64,000 nt of DNA from an uncultured Candidatus Saccharibacteria bacterium (GCA_964403725.1 CAYOHI010000005.1:3368-67367), one strand, 5' to 3'; numbered from the stretch's first letter, positions 40,099 to 52,100 are shown. Numbers and translations are program-made. The notes: generated by a model not told the origin, from the sequence alone.

Positions 40099-40602
40099 AT
40101 GAATTTTAATAAAGCTATTATCGTCGGAAACTTAACCAGAGACCCAGAAGTAAGGACCACAACCAATGGTCAGCCAATCGCCTCTTTTAGCATCGCTACT
40201 AATCGCGTTTGGACAGGCCAGGACGGAAATAAGCAAGAAGCTACTGAATTCCATAATATCGTTGCCTTTGGTAAATTAGCCGATATTTGTTCAAAATATT
40301 TAAATAAAGGGAGATTAGTGTTGATTGAAGGAAGAATCCAGACAAGGTCCTGGCAGGACCAGAGCGGAAACAAGAAGTATTGGACTGAAATCATTGCTGA
40401 AAACATGCAAATGGGTCCGAGAAATGATGGTAGCGGAGGCGGAGCTCCAAGCCCAAATCCAGCGCCTAGCCAGCCACAGTCGAATAAGCAGCCGAATACT
40501 CCATCTCCTGATGAAATTCCAGTAATTGACGCTGATGAGCCTGAGGCTCCAGCTGAAGACAAGAAAGAAGATGGCGTTGATGTTAAAAACATACCTTTTT
40601 AA
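40099..40602 (+). CDS. ssb: Single-stranded DNA-binding protein
   Basis: NKAIIVGNLTRDPE, EGRIQTRSW and C-terminal IPF. Confidence 0.97.
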   Translation: MNFNKAIIVGNLTRDPEVRTTTNGQPIASFSIATNRVWTGQDGNKQEATEFHNIVAFGKLADICSKYLNKGRLVLIEGRIQTRSWQDQSGNKKYWTEIIAENMQMGPRNDGSGGGAPSPNPAPSQPQSNKQPNTPSPDEIPVIDADEPEAPAEDKKEDGVDVKNIPF

Positions 40603-40605
40603 ATT

Positions 40606-40806
40606 ATGAAAGCTTGTCATTTTTGCCAACAAAAGAATATTGATATTGATTACAAAGATACCGAACTTTTGCGTCGGTTCATTTCTGGTCAAGCCAAGAT
40701 CATATCTCCTCGACGTACCGGTACTTGTGCCCGGCATCAGAGAAGATTGGCTAACGCCATAAAAAAAGCCCGGATTGCCGGACTTCTTCCATTTACCAGA
40801 AAGTAA
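40606..40806 (+). CDS. rpsR: 30S ribosomal protein S18 (Zn-binding form)
   Basis: CHFC, IDYKD and TGTCARHQR motifs. Confidence 0.97.
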   Translation: MKACHFCQQKNIDIDYKDTELLRRFISGQAKIISPRRTGTCARHQRRLANAIKKARIAGLLPFTRK

Positions 40807-40829
40807 TTTGGTAGAAAATTTCTTATCTC

Positions 40830-41855
40830 TTAAGCCTGCTCCCGAGCGGCTTTTTTGATTTCCTTAATAATCTCTTTGGCAGTTTTTGGATTTTCTTTCA
40901 AGTATGTCTTAGCACCTTCAATTCCTTGGCCTAATTTTTCACTCCCGTAATTAAACCAGGCCCCTGCTCTGTTGACTACCCCTAATTTGACTCCGGTATT
41001 TACAACATCTGCAAAGCGAGAAATGCCCTCATTGTAAAAGATATCAAATTCAGTCTGCTGGAAAGGCGGCGCTACTTTGTTTTTAACTACTTTAGCTCTG
41101 ACTCTGTTTCCAATAATCCTGTCGCCTTGCTTGATTTGAGCACTGCGTCTCAATTCCAATCTGACTGAAGAATAGAATTTTAAGGCTTTACCACCTGGGG
41201 TATCTTCAGGATTACCATAGACTACTCCAATTTTCATTCTAATCTGGTTAATGAAAATTACAGTAGTACCGCTTTTAGCTACTAAAGAAGTAAGTTTGCG
41301 ACATGCTTGGCTCATAAGACGAGCCTGAAGTCCCATATGTGATTGTCCCATTTCACCTTCAATTTCAACTCTTGGAGTTAGAGCTGCCACTGAATCAATA
41401 ACCACTACATCAACTACATCAGCCTTAACCAAGCTTTCTAATATCTCCAAAGCCTGTTCACCAGTATCTGGCTGGGAAATCAATAGATCATTGACTTTAA
41501 CGCCAATTTTTTTAGCGTATTCTGGATCTAGAGCATGTTCAGCATCGATAAAGGCGGCTAGACCTCCTTTTCTCTGAGCTTCAGCTACAATATGCAAGGC
41601 TAAAGTGGTCTTACCGCCTGATTCAGGACCATATATTTCAACTATTCTTCCTTTAGGCATACCACCTACTCCTAAAGCCATATCTAGGGATATGGATCCA
41701 GTAGGAATAGCGTCAACATCAACATGTTTAGCCTCGCCTAATTTCATTATTGAACCATCACCGAAGCGTCCTTTAATATCATCAACGGTTGCTTCTAATA
41801 TTTTTTCTCTTTCTTCTTTTGTAGATTTGCCCTCCGCCTTTTTTTGTTTTGTCAT
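40830..41855 (-). CDS. recA: Recombinase A
   Basis: [22 protein letters not shown] and GGKALKFY motifs. Confidence 0.99.
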   Translation of the reverse strand: MTKQKKAEGKSTKEEREKILEATVDDIKGRFGDGSIMKLGEAKHVDVDAIPTGSISLDMALGVGGMPKGRIVEIYGPESGGKTTLALHIVAEAQRKGGLAAFIDAEHALDPEYAKKIGVKVNDLLISQPDTGEQALEILESLVKADVVDVVVIDSVAALTPRVEIEGEMGQSHMGLQARLMSQACRKLTSLVAKSGTTVIFINQIRMKIGVVYGNPEDTPGGKALKFYSSVRLELRRSAQIKQGDRIIGNRVRAKVVKNKVAPPFQQTEFDIFYNEGISRFADVVNTGVKLGVVNRAGAWFNYGSEKLGQGIEGAKTYLKENPKTAKEIIKEIKKAAREQA

Positions 41856-41897
41856 ATCTTGTATTTTATTCTAATTACATTTCTTTGTCAAAATAAA

Positions 41898-42956
41898 TTA
41901 GAGAAAATAATTATTCAATGAAAATTCAAACTGTTCTGTGAATAATTTCTTAAAGAATCTAACATTATTTTGCTCGTAAAACAAAAGTGCAGCTTTTTTG
42001 TATTCATTCTCATCAACACTTCTGTAAGATAAAGGACAATAATTATTAGCTAATAGGATAGCGTTACCAAGCAATCTAGCTGTCCGTTTATTCCCATCTT
42101 CAAAAGGCTGGATATATGATATCAGCAAAATGGACACAAGAGATTTAACTAAAGGATGAACCTCTTTTTTATTGATAAATAAAATCATTTTTTCTAATGC
42201 CTCTTTTATCTGAAACTCATTATCAAGCGGCTTGTATTTAGTTCCTGTAATACCCACTAATCGTTTTCTAATTCCTTTCTTAATATTCATGTCTTCTACA
42301 ATCAAGCTATGGATATTTTCTATTTTACCTAAAGTTAATTTTTTGAAATCACTTTTTTTATTCAGAATATATTCTAAGGCTTCTTTATGGTTCAAAATCA
42401 TTTGAGCTTCTTCTTTAGTATGTCCTTCTGCTTCTTTATTCTCCTTGATTAAAATTTCTGTATCAATCAAGGAATATGTATTACCTTCAATTTGGGATGA
42501 TTTCCAACTTAATTCAATAGTCAATCTTTCAAATTCTTTTTTAAGTATGGTCGAAGAAAGGCTTTTTATTCTTTCTTGGTAGTTGTTATTAAGTTTATCT
42601 AATCTATTTAATTCTGTCTCTGAAAAAAGATTGTTATCTAAATTTTCAAAAATTTCAAAATTAAAACCTTCATTTACGAGATTCCTTTGGTCAACTGGAA
42701 CACTAAAATATTCATCAATATTAAAAAAACGAAGTAATTCATTTTTAATATTCTCTTTGTACTTAATATTTCTACCCTTACCTGTTTTTTTAACTAAATC
42801 ATGAGACATTAGAATCTCTAAATCTCGAATAATGGTCGTTCTATCTAAAAGACCAACTTCTTTTTCAAGATATTCTCTAATCTCCTTATTACTGGCCTCG
42901 CCTTTAGCTCTAATGAAATTCAATATTAAATTTTGCCTATTGGAAATTTTTGTCAT
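41898..42956 (-). CDS. Fic family protein with N-terminal wHTH; catalytic His replaced by Gln
   Basis: SSQIEGNT and IQPFEDGNKRTAR motifs. Confidence 0.9.
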   Translation of the reverse strand: MTKISNRQNLILNFIRAKGEASNKEIREYLEKEVGLLDRTTIIRDLEILMSHDLVKKTGKGRNIKYKENIKNELLRFFNIDEYFSVPVDQRNLVNEGFNFEIFENLDNNLFSETELNRLDKLNNNYQERIKSLSSTILKKEFERLTIELSWKSSQIEGNTYSLIDTEILIKENKEAEGHTKEEAQMILNHKEALEYILNKKSDFKKLTLGKIENIHSLIVEDMNIKKGIRKRLVGITGTKYKPLDNEFQIKEALEKMILFINKKEVHPLVKSLVSILLISYIQPFEDGNKRTARLLGNAILLANNYCPLSYRSVDENEYKKAALLFYEQNNVRFFKKLFTEQFEFSLNNYFL

Positions 42957-42969
42957 TTTTTATTAATTT

Positions 42970-43030
42970 TTAATTATTGCATTTATTTTCCTTAATTGTA
43001 GCATTTTGCAACAATTAATGCAACAATTAA
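42970..43030. promoter_or_regulatory. Repeated operator-like boxes upstream of the Fic gene
   Basis: ttaattgtagca (42992) and tgcaacaattaa x2 (43007, 43019); same motif upstream of the paralog at 58679-58740. Confidence 0.6.
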
Positions 43031-43032
43031 TT

Positions 43033-43158
43033 TTATTCTACTTCTTTAATAATTTCTTCTATTGAATCTGTTGTGATTTCTGATTCTAGTTCAATATCTT
43101 CCTCTATTATCTCTTCAACTACTTCTTCTGGATCCTCTATTCTTTGATCCTTTTTTAT
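43033..43158 (-). pseudogene. Start-less fragment encoding an acidic tail
   Basis: IKKDQRIEDPEEVVEEIIEEDIELESEITTDSIEEIIKEVE*, resembling the C-tail of 62135..64000. Confidence 0.45.
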
Positions 43159-43254
43159 TTAAACCTAATCAATATATTAAAAATAAAAAAACTGTAGAAA
43201 ACTACAGATTAAAACCTTAAAAAGATTAATAAACTTTAATAAAGCACAATATAA

Positions 43255-45483
43255 TTACCGCTCTTCTACGCCCATTTCAGCTCCCTCATCAACAAATACC
43301 TCTCTTGGCTTGGCCCCATCAGCAGGTCCAACTATGCCTTGTTCCTCTAAGATATCCAATAACCTAGCTGCTCTGGCATAACCCACGCGCAAACGACGCT
43401 GTAATAAGGAAGCAGAAGCCTTGCCAGCCTGAACCACAACATTCTTAGCCTCACCTAATAATTCATCCTCTGTATCGCCTCCTGCCGCATTATCGCCAAA
43501 ATTTAGCCCTGGAGCAGGCTGTCCTTGGGTAACTTGGGAAGCTGTGGTTACTTCTTCCATATATTCAGGTTCAGCTGCACCTTTTAGATAATTAGTTACT
43601 TTGCCAACTTCGCGCTCTGAAACATAGGCTCCCTGGACACGACGCGGCCTGGCTGAATTCCCTGCTAGGAAAAGCATATCTCCATTGCCTAATAGTTTTT
43701 CTGCTCCAGCCATATCCAAAATTGTCCTGGAATCAATCTGGGAAGCTACCTGAAAGGCCATACGTGAGGTAATGTTTGCTTTAATCAGCCCAGTAATGAC
43801 TTCAACTGACGGACGCTGGGTTGAAACAATCAAATGAATACCAATAGCCCTGGCCATCTGGGCTAATCTAACAATTGAAGCTTCCACTTCTCGGCCATAG
43901 GTAGACATCAAGTCAGCTAATTCATCGATAACTACAACAATATATGGCAGGGCTTCATCTTCAAAATCCTTATTCTTCTTCGCATTGCGAGCCACCCAGC
44001 TGTTATAACCACCAATATCTCTCTTCCCTGCTGCTTGGAGAACGCTAAAGCGCCTTTCCATTTCGCTAACTGCCCAGCGCAATGCTCCAACAGCTTTGTC
44101 TGGCTGGACAATAACTGGTGAGATCAAATGAGGAATTGACTCATAGGCCGAAAGCTCTACTCTCTTAGGATCAATCATAATCATCTTCATATCCTCTGGG
44201 AAATTCCTGTATAGAAGACTGGTAATGACATTGTTCAGAGCCACTGTCTTACCAGTACCAGTTGCTCCAGCTACTAATAAGTGAGGCATTTTAGATAGTT
44301 CTGCAAAGATAGGATTGCCTGCCACATCTCTTCCCAAAGCAAAAGTCAATCTTCCAGCTGATTCCTGGAAAGCTGGCCTTTCCAGCAATGAACGCAGCCT
44401 GACAGTAACAATAGACTTGTTGGGAATCTCAATTCCTACTAAAGATTTGCCTGGAATAGGCGCTTCAATCCTTAAAGGATGAGCTGCTAGAGCCAAAGAT
44501 AAGTCGTTTTGCAAACCTGTTATTTTAGTTAATTTAATACCTTGGGCCGGGCGCAATGTATATTGCGTTACTGTTGGACCAACATTAACTTCAGCCATTT
44601 CTACATTAATGCCAAAATTCTCTAAAGTTCCTTTAATGATATTGATATTAGCCTTAATATCTCCAGATGTAGGATGACCCTTATCTTTTTCTAAATAATC
44701 GAGTGTTGGAAGCTTGTAATTGCTTTTTTGCTTAGCCAGTACCGTAGCCTTAACCCTCTCAGCAGCAGCTTTGGTTAAGGGCGCTGCTCCAATAACCTCC
44801 TTTGTTTCATCCTGCTTTTTACTAACTACTTTATTTTCTTCTTTCTTTTTAATCTTAATGCCTTCCTTAGCTTTATCCTTAATCTTTGACCAAAGACCTG
44901 GCTTTTTCTCTACTGGCTTGGCTTCTGGTAAAGGAACTACTGGTTTTATCTCTTCCTCTTCTTTCTTGCTTGGCAGCAAGGAAACGTTAAAGGTAATCAA
45001 AAACGAGATTATTAAAAGACCTATTAGAACAACTAGGCTAGCCCAAAAGCCAAAAAAGTTTTCTAAAGGATACCCTAGAGCCATACCCAAATATCCGCCA
45101 CCCATGCCATTAGAAGCAACTACATGGAAGAAACCCAAGACACTCAATACAAAAAGCAAAATGCCAATGAAAATAGTGGAATACATTGGCTTTCTCTTTT
45201 TTTGCAAATTAAGGCGAGGCATTAGGATAGCCAAACCGATTAGAATGAAAGTAACAGCTACAAGAAAGAATCCTTTGCCAAAAAGTGATTTACTAGCCTT
45301 TAGGAAGTATTGCCCAAAGGATCCAGCAACACCAAAAAAACTCAAGACACTGATCATTGCCAGAGTAAAAGAAATTACCACTAGAATCCCCTTTTTAGTA
45401 TCAGAATGGAGAGTTGGCTTTTTCTTTGCGCTTTTCAAACTCTTCTTTTTTCCAGAACTTTTCTTTTTAGGCATAATATACAA
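43255..45483 (-). CDS. ftsK: DNA translocase FtsK/SpoIIIE
   Basis: 4TM N-terminus; RIEAPIPGK, PHLLVAGATGTGKT, DELADLM and gamma-domain LQRRLRVGYARAAR. Confidence 0.97.
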   Translation of the reverse strand: MYIMPKKKSSGKKKSLKSAKKKPTLHSDTKKGILVVISFTLAMISVLSFFGVAGSFGQYFLKASKSLFGKGFFLVAVTFILIGLAILMPRLNLQKKRKPMYSTIFIGILLFVLSVLGFFHVVASNGMGGGYLGMALGYPLENFFGFWASLVVLIGLLIISFLITFNVSLLPSKKEEEEIKPVVPLPEAKPVEKKPGLWSKIKDKAKEGIKIKKKEENKVVSKKQDETKEVIGAAPLTKAAAERVKATVLAKQKSNYKLPTLDYLEKDKGHPTSGDIKANINIIKGTLENFGINVEMAEVNVGPTVTQYTLRPAQGIKLTKITGLQNDLSLALAAHPLRIEAPIPGKSLVGIEIPNKSIVTVRLRSLLERPAFQESAGRLTFALGRDVAGNPIFAELSKMPHLLVAGATGTGKTVALNNVITSLLYRNFPEDMKMIMIDPKRVELSAYESIPHLISPVIVQPDKAVGALRWAVSEMERRFSVLQAAGKRDIGGYNSWVARNAKKNKDFEDEALPYIVVVIDELADLMSTYGREVEASIVRLAQMARAIGIHLIVSTQRPSVEVITGLIKANITSRMAFQVASQIDSRTILDMAGAEKLLGNGDMLFLAGNSARPRRVQGAYVSEREVGKVTNYLKGAAEPEYMEEVTTASQVTQGQPAPGLNFGDNAAGGDTEDELLGEAKNVVVQAGKASASLLQRRLRVGYARAARLLDILEEQGIVGPADGAKPREVFVDEGAEMGVEER

Positions 45484-45516
45484 GCAGGAGCAGCCAATAT
45501 TTGAATATATTGACCC

Positions 45517-48500
45517 CTATTTCTTGTATCCTGTTCCTGCTGGTATTAGTTTACCAATAATTACGTTTTCTTTCAATCCCTTTAATTCATCTTTTTTACC
45601 AGCAATAGCTGCATCAATAAGTACGCGAGTTGTTTCAATGAAGGAAGCAGCTGACAAGAAGCTTTCTGTGGTTAAAGAAACCTTAGTTACACCCAGAAGT
45701 AAAGTCTCAGCTGTAGCCGTCTGGCCACTCTTCTTGGTTATCTTCTTATTTTCTTTTTGGAAACGACTCCATTCAACCATTTCGCCTGATAACAGCTTAG
45801 TGTTGCCAGGATTAATAATCTTCAGCCTTGAGAACATCTGGCGGATAATCATTTCGATATGCTTATCGTTAATGTTTTCACCAGCGAAGGTATAGATCTT
45901 CTGAACTTCTCTAATGATATACCTATGGACAGTCTCTCTGTCAGACATCTTATATAATTCCCTAAGATCAATATGACCTTCGTTTAGTTGCTGTCCCTTG
46001 GCTATCAGATCGCCTTTCTCTACCCGCAAGACAACATTGGTCGGGAAGCTATATTCAACAATCTTATCTTTTTTCTTAGAAGTCTTGCCTTTCTTTTTAG
46101 CTTCATCAGATAATTTAATTTGAATAACCTTATTACCATTACGTTCGATAATATTAGCGACTTGCCCATCAATTTCTGAAATAGTGGCTTTGCCTTTAGG
46201 TGGTCGACATTCAAAAATTTCCTCTACTCTAGGCAAACCCTGGGTAATATCACCACCACCGGCTACTCCACCAGTATGGAAAGTTCGAAGAGTCAGCTGA
46301 GTTCCCGGTTCACCGATAGCTTGAGCAGTAACGATACCGATAGCCTCACCCATCTTGATCAGTTCATTTCTTCCTAAATCATAGCCATAACATTTCTGAC
46401 AGATACCACTAGTTGATTGACAGCTAATAGTTGAGCGAACATTTAATTTCTCTATGCCAGTCTCATCGATCTTTTGAGCTATATCCTTATCAATCATCTG
46501 ACCAGACTTGATAAGAACCTCGTCTTTTCCTTTTTCGTTCTTAGCCGTAACCTTTTCCAAGGAAATACGTCCAGTAATTCTTAAGGCTAAGGTATTGCCC
46601 ATATCTTCTTCATCCTGCCTATAGATATATATTCCCTTTCTATCGCCACAATCAGTTTCCCTAATAACTACGTCTTGACAGACATCGACCAGACGCCTGG
46701 TCAAATATCCGGCTGTAGCAGTTTTTAGAGCTGTATCGGCCATACCTTTACGTCCACCGTGAGTTGAAATGAAGTATTCTAGAACGCTTAAGCCTTCCTT
46801 ATATGAATTCCTAATTGGCAGCTCAATAATTTCACCGGAAGGATTGACAACTAATCCTTTCATCCCGCTCATCTGCCTTAGCTGTTCAAGTGATCCCCTG
46901 GCTTTTGAATCAAAGATATTAAAGACAGAGCCTTTAGGATCTAGAGTATCTGGAGTTTTCTTGGCAATCCGGTCAGTAATATTATTCCAAGCCTCGATAA
47001 CCCTGGATTTTCTCTCAGCATCAGTTAGAAGACCGTTGTCATACTGATTCTGAACCTGGTCCAGATCCCTATGGATTTCCTTCAGCCATTGCTTCTTCTC
47101 TTCTGGTACTTGGATATCATCCATACCCCAGCTGATTCCTGAAGTAGTGGCGTACTTGAATCCCATTCTTTTTACCTTATCTAAAATGACAGCTGCTTCC
47201 TTAATGCCGAATTTGTCAATAATGCTGGCTATCAGCTTGCGCAAGTCTTTGGACTTCATGGTCTTGTTAATATATTCCATGTCTTCAGGCATTGAATAGT
47301 TGAAATATATTCTGCCGACTGAAGTTTCAACCAGATTATCTTCCCCTTCCTCAACAGCATCCGGCATTCGCACTTTAATCCTAGCTTTCAAATGAATATG
47401 ACCAAAGGTCTTGGCTAGTAAAGCTTCTGAACGATTGGCAAATATCTTGCCTTCGCCTTTCAGGCCATCTTCAATCTTGGTCATCCAGTAACAGCCCAAA
47501 ACCATATCTTGGGTTGGAATAGCGACCGGTTCGCCAGTAGCCGGCTTGAGCAAGTTATTAGCTGACAGCATCACGTTATTAGCTTCCAATTGCGCCTCTT
47601 CTGATAAGGGCAAGTGAACAGCCATCTGGTCGCCATCAAAGTCAGCATTAAAAGCGCGACAAACCAGAGGATGAAGCCTAATAGCTTTTCCTTCAATCAA
47701 AACCGGCTGGAAAGCCTGGATTCCTAATCTATGCAAAGTCGGCGCTCTGTTCAAGAAGACGCATCTTCCCTTAGTTACTTCTTCCAAGATTGCCCAAACT
47801 TCATCAATTTCTTCTTCAATCAAGCGCCCTGCTCCCCTGACATTATGGGCTAGGCCTCCCTCAACAAGCTTGTTGATGACAAAAGGCTTGAACAGCTCTA
47901 AAGCCATATATTTAGGCAAGCCGCATTGGTGAACTTTCAAATCTGGGCCAACGACAATAACGGAACGGCCTGAGTAGTCAACACGCTTACCTAGTAAGTT
48001 TTGCCTAAAGCGTCCTTGTTTTCCCTTAAGCATGTCAGCTAGAGATTTAAGCACTCTTTTCTGGCCGGTTGAAGCAGCAACCATGACCTGTCCTCTTCTG
48101 GAACTGTTATCGATCAAGGCATCAACTGCTTCTTGAAGCATTCTTTTTTCATTTCTGCAAATGACTTCAGGAGCATTCAGTTCAATCAGTCTCTTCAACC
48201 TGTTATTTCGGTTAATCACTCTTCGGTATAGGTCATTGACATCTGAAGTAGCGTAACGCCCGCCATCCAATTGGACCATTGGTCTCAAGTCAGGCGGCAG
48301 AACAGGAAGAACAGTCAAGAACATCCATTCTGGTCGGAGCTTAGCTCTAATCATGCCTTCAACCAATCTTAATCTTTTTAAAATTTTAAGCTTGACGCCT
48401 GGATTAGCTTTCTTACTCAAATCGCTTAATTCTTTAGCCAGCGACTCCAGGTTAATGCTTTCAAAAATATTTCTTAAAGTTTCAGCACCAGTTCCTGCTT

Positions 48501-49152
48501 CAAAGACCTGTCCATATTTCATACTTAAATCGCGATACTCAATTTCAGGAAGAATCTGATGCATATATAAAGATCTGACTTGCTTAACAGCCTGGTCACG
48601 CTGATCTTTTAGAGAAACCTTTTCAGTAGCAGTTAATTTCTCTAACTTGCCATCATCATCCTTCTTGCCTTTGAGCTTTGTCTTGTACTCTTTCTTGATC
48701 TCATCAATCACTTTCTTTCTTTCATCTTCATTGATATTGGTAATGATATATCCGGCAAAGTAAATTACTTTTTCCAGGTCTATAATAGAGCGGTCTAGAA
48801 TCAATCCCATCTTAGAAGGAATGCCTCTTAAAAACCAGATATGGGAAACTGGAACAGCCAGGCCGATATGGCCCATTCTCTCTCGACGGACCAAAGCTCT
48901 GGTTACCTCTACTCCGCATTTATCACAAACCACTCCTTTGTATCTGATCCTTCGATATTTACCGCAATAACATTCCCAATCTTTTTCCGGGCCAAAGATT
49001 TTCTCACAGAACAAACCGTCCTTTTCAGCACGCTGAGTTCGGTAGTTGATGGTTTCGGGCTTGGTTACCTCGCCATGCGACCAATCTAAAATATTCTCGG
49101 GAGACGCGAGCTTTAGGACTATTGATTTGAAATCTGATACTTTGATAGACAT
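45517..49152 (-). CDS. rpoC: RNA polymerase beta' subunit
   Basis: NADFDGDQMAVH, GKRVDYSGRS and GEPGTQLT motifs. Confidence 0.99.
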   Translation of the reverse strand: MSIKVSDFKSIVLKLASPENILDWSHGEVTKPETINYRTQRAEKDGLFCEKIFGPEKDWECYCGKYRRIRYKGVVCDKCGVEVTRALVRRERMGHIGLAVPVSHIWFLRGIPSKMGLILDRSIIDLEKVIYFAGYIITNINEDERKKVIDEIKKEYKTKLKGKKDDDGKLEKLTATEKVSLKDQRDQAVKQVRSLYMHQILPEIEYRDLSMKYGQVFEAGTGAETLRNIFESINLESLAKELSDLSKKANPGVKLKILKRLRLVEGMIRAKLRPEWMFLTVLPVLPPDLRPMVQLDGGRYATSDVNDLYRRVINRNNRLKRLIELNAPEVICRNEKRMLQEAVDALIDNSSRRGQVMVAASTGQKRVLKSLADMLKGKQGRFRQNLLGKRVDYSGRSVIVVGPDLKVHQCGLPKYMALELFKPFVINKLVEGGLAHNVRGAGRLIEEEIDEVWAILEEVTKGRCVFLNRAPTLHRLGIQAFQPVLIEGKAIRLHPLVCRAFNADFDGDQMAVHLPLSEEAQLEANNVMLSANNLLKPATGEPVAIPTQDMVLGCYWMTKIEDGLKGEGKIFANRSEALLAKTFGHIHLKARIKVRMPDAVEEGEDNLVETSVGRIYFNYSMPEDMEYINKTMKSKDLRKLIASIIDKFGIKEAAVILDKVKRMGFKYATTSGISWGMDDIQVPEEKKQWLKEIHRDLDQVQNQYDNGLLTDAERKSRVIEAWNNITDRIAKKTPDTLDPKGSVFNIFDSKARGSLEQLRQMSGMKGLVVNPSGEIIELPIRNSYKEGLSVLEYFISTHGGRKGMADTALKTATAGYLTRRLVDVCQDVVIRETDCGDRKGIYIYRQDEEDMGNTLALRITGRISLEKVTAKNEKGKDEVLIKSGQMIDKDIAQKIDETGIEKLNVRSTISCQSTSGICQKCYGYDLGRNELIKMGEAIGIVTAQAIGEPGTQLTLRTFHTGGVAGGGDITQGLPRVEEIFECRPPKGKATISEIDGQVANIIERNGNKVIQIKLSDEAKKKGKTSKKKDKIVEYSFPTNVVLRVEKGDLIAKGQQLNEGHIDLRELYKMSDRETVHRYIIREVQKIYTFAGENINDKHIEMIIRQMFSRLKIINPGNTKLLSGEMVEWSRFQKENKKITKKSGQTATAETLLLGVTKVSLTTESFLSAASFIETTRVLIDAAIAGKKDELKGLKENVIIGKLIPAGTGYKK

Positions 49153-49153
49153 A

Positions 49154-52100
49154 TTAATTCTCCACTAATTCAACATCTAAGCTTAGTGCTTTTAATTCGC
49201 TGACTAAAACATTAAATGAAGCTGGTACATTAGGAGCTTGGATCTTCTTGCCACGGATGATGGCATCGTATGCTCCGGCCCTGCCAGTTACATCATCTGA
49301 TTTAAAGGTCAGCATTTCTTGCAAGCTATGGGCTGCCCCATAGCCTTCCAAGGCCCAGACTTCCATTTCTCCAAAACGCTGCCCGCCAAACTGGGCCTTA
49401 CCGCCCAATGGCTGCTGGGTAATCAAAGAGTATGGGCCAACTGATCTCATATGCATCTTGTCTTCAACTAAATGCAAGAGCTTCATGACATAAATATATC
49501 CGACGGTCACTGGTTGCTCAAAAGCTTCTCCATTTCTTCCGTCATACAGAGTTACCTTGCCGCTTTCCGGCAGGCCAGCTTTCTTTAATTCATCCTTAAT
49601 ATCATCTTCGGTGATTCCATTAAGTGACGGACTGATCCCGTCATAGCCCAAAGAATTAGCAGCCCAGCCAAAGTGAGTTTCTAAAATCTGGCCAATGTTC
49701 ATACGAGAAGCAACACCTAAAGGATTAAGCACTACGTCAACCGGTGTTCCATCAGCTAGATATGGCATATCTTGTTCTGGCAGGACTTTAGAGATGACGC
49801 CCTTGTTTCCGTGACGTCCAGCTAGCTTATCACCAACTGAAATCTTTCTTAACTGGGCGATTTCAACTTGAATTGTCTTGATGACGCCGCTTGGCAGCTT
49901 ATCTCCCTTATCTCTTGAGAATACCTTGATGCCGACTACCCTGCCTCTCTTGCCATGCGACATTCTCTTGGAAGTATCCTTGACATCCCTGGCTTTCTCG
50001 CCGAAGATTGCTTGGAGCAATCTTTCTTCAGCAGTCAGGTCAGTCTCACCTTTAGGAGAAATCTTACCAACCAGAATATCGTTGGGACCGACTTCAGCTC
50101 CGACTCTGACAATTCCTTCTTCATCCAAGTCTTTTAATCTTTCTTCTCCGACATTTGGAATATCTGGAGTGGTAACTTCAGGTCCTAGTTTAGTTTCCCT
50201 GACATCACAGTCAAAGCTTTCAATATGGATTGAAGTATACCTGTCTTCTTTGACTAATTTTTCAGATAGGATAATAGCGTCTTCAAAGTTGCTACCTCTC
50301 AGAGACATAAAGGCAACTAGCAAGTTTTGACCTAAAGCCAATCTTCCGTTATCAGTAGCTGCTCCATCAGCCAGAACATCGCCCTTCTTAATTTTCTGGC
50401 CCTTTTTGACCAAGGGCCTTTGACAAATGCAGGTATATTGGTTAGTCCTGACAAAAGAGCGCAAAGGATATTCCTTAATCGCTTTCTTAGACTTACTGTT
50501 AACGCCCTTGATCCTTACTTTAATCATATCGGCATCAACTGCTGCAATCGTTCCATCTTCTTCAGCAATCATCATTTCCCCTGAATCTTCAGCTGCTTTG
50601 GCTTCCATGCCAGTACCGACTACTGGAGCTTGCGGCCTGACACAAGCCACAGCCTGGCGTTGCATGTTTGATCCCATTAATGCGCGGTTTGAATCATCGT
50701 GTTCTAAGAAAGGAATCAAGGCTGTAGCAATACTGATTGGCTGCTGCGGGATAACATCAATGAAATCAACGTCTTTTCGAGGAACCGTACTAGGTTCGCT
50801 ATGGACTCTAGCTTCGACTTCCTTATCCAAAAGCTTTCCTTTGTTATCAATTTTTACTCCGGCATGGGCAATGTTGTATTTCTCTTCTTCTGAAGCATTG
50901 AGATAAATAATTTCCTTGGTCAGTCTCCCCTTGTTAACTTTCCTGTATGGGGTTTCAATGAAGCCGTATTCATTCAGACGGGCACAGCTGGCCAAGTGAC
51001 CGACCAGTCCAATATTAGGACCTTCAGAAGTTTCAATCGGACAGATCCTTCCATAGTGAGATGAGTGCACGTCACGCACTTCAAAGCCAGCTCTTTCTCT
51101 GGTCAGTCCGCCTGGACCCATGGCTGACAGACGCCTCTTGTGTTCCAGTTCAGCTAAAGGATTATGCTGATCCATGAATTGTGAAAGCTGGGATGAAGTA
51201 AAGAATTCTTTAATAGAGGCAATGAAAGGCCGGGCATTGATCAACTGGCCCGGGACCAAGTCATGAAGCTCTAGAGTAGACATCCTGTCTCGAATGATTT
51301 TCTCGGTTCGAGCCATACCTACTCTTAATTTATTCTGCAATAGCTCTCCGAAAGCCTTGACTCGACGGTTGCCCAAGTGGTCAATATCATCTACTGTAGC
51401 CAATGGATTGTTGTTTAGTTCAATGATCTCTTTAATGATGCTGACCAAATCATCAAAACGCAAAACACGATCTTCTTGCTTGATCTTGCCTTCAGGCATA
51501 CTTAATCTCTGTCTCATCTTCCAACGCCCAACTTCGCCCAAATCATATCTTTCAAAAGAAAACATTGCTTCAATAAATCCCTGGGCATTGTCTTCAGTAG
51601 CCAGATCTCCTGGCCTGATCCTTTTGTAAATTTCAACGAAAGCCTGGCCGGTGGTTTTAGCAATGTCCTTTTCAATGGTCTTTTCGATATAGTCGATTTC
51701 CGTATCTACTTTTTCAAAAAGCTTCTTGATATCGCTGTTAGCCAGCTCTCCATTCTTAAAGCATTTTGGACTTTCAACTTCCATAGCTGCAAAAGCTCTC
51801 AATACTGAAGTGACAGGAACTTTTCTTTTCCGGTCGATCTTGACGCTGATTGATCCATCTGAATCAGTTTCAAATTCTAGCCAGGCACCTCTATTAGGAA
51901 TGACCTTGGCACCGAATAATTGGACGCCTTTGGACATCTGTGAAGTAAAGAAAGCGCCTGAAGATCTGATTAACTGAGAAATGACGACGCGTTCTACAGC
52001 GTTAACAATGAAAGTACCGCGCTGAGTCATCAAAGGAAAATCGCCCAAGAAAATATCTTGCTCTTTCTCTTCCTTAGTCTTGCTATTAGTCAGCTTGACC

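Noticed and set aside
44720-45895. 391-aa plus-strand ORF and many other antisense ORFs in the track
   Set aside because: They are shadow frames opposite well-supported genes (ftsK/rpoC and others) and have no recognisable motifs.
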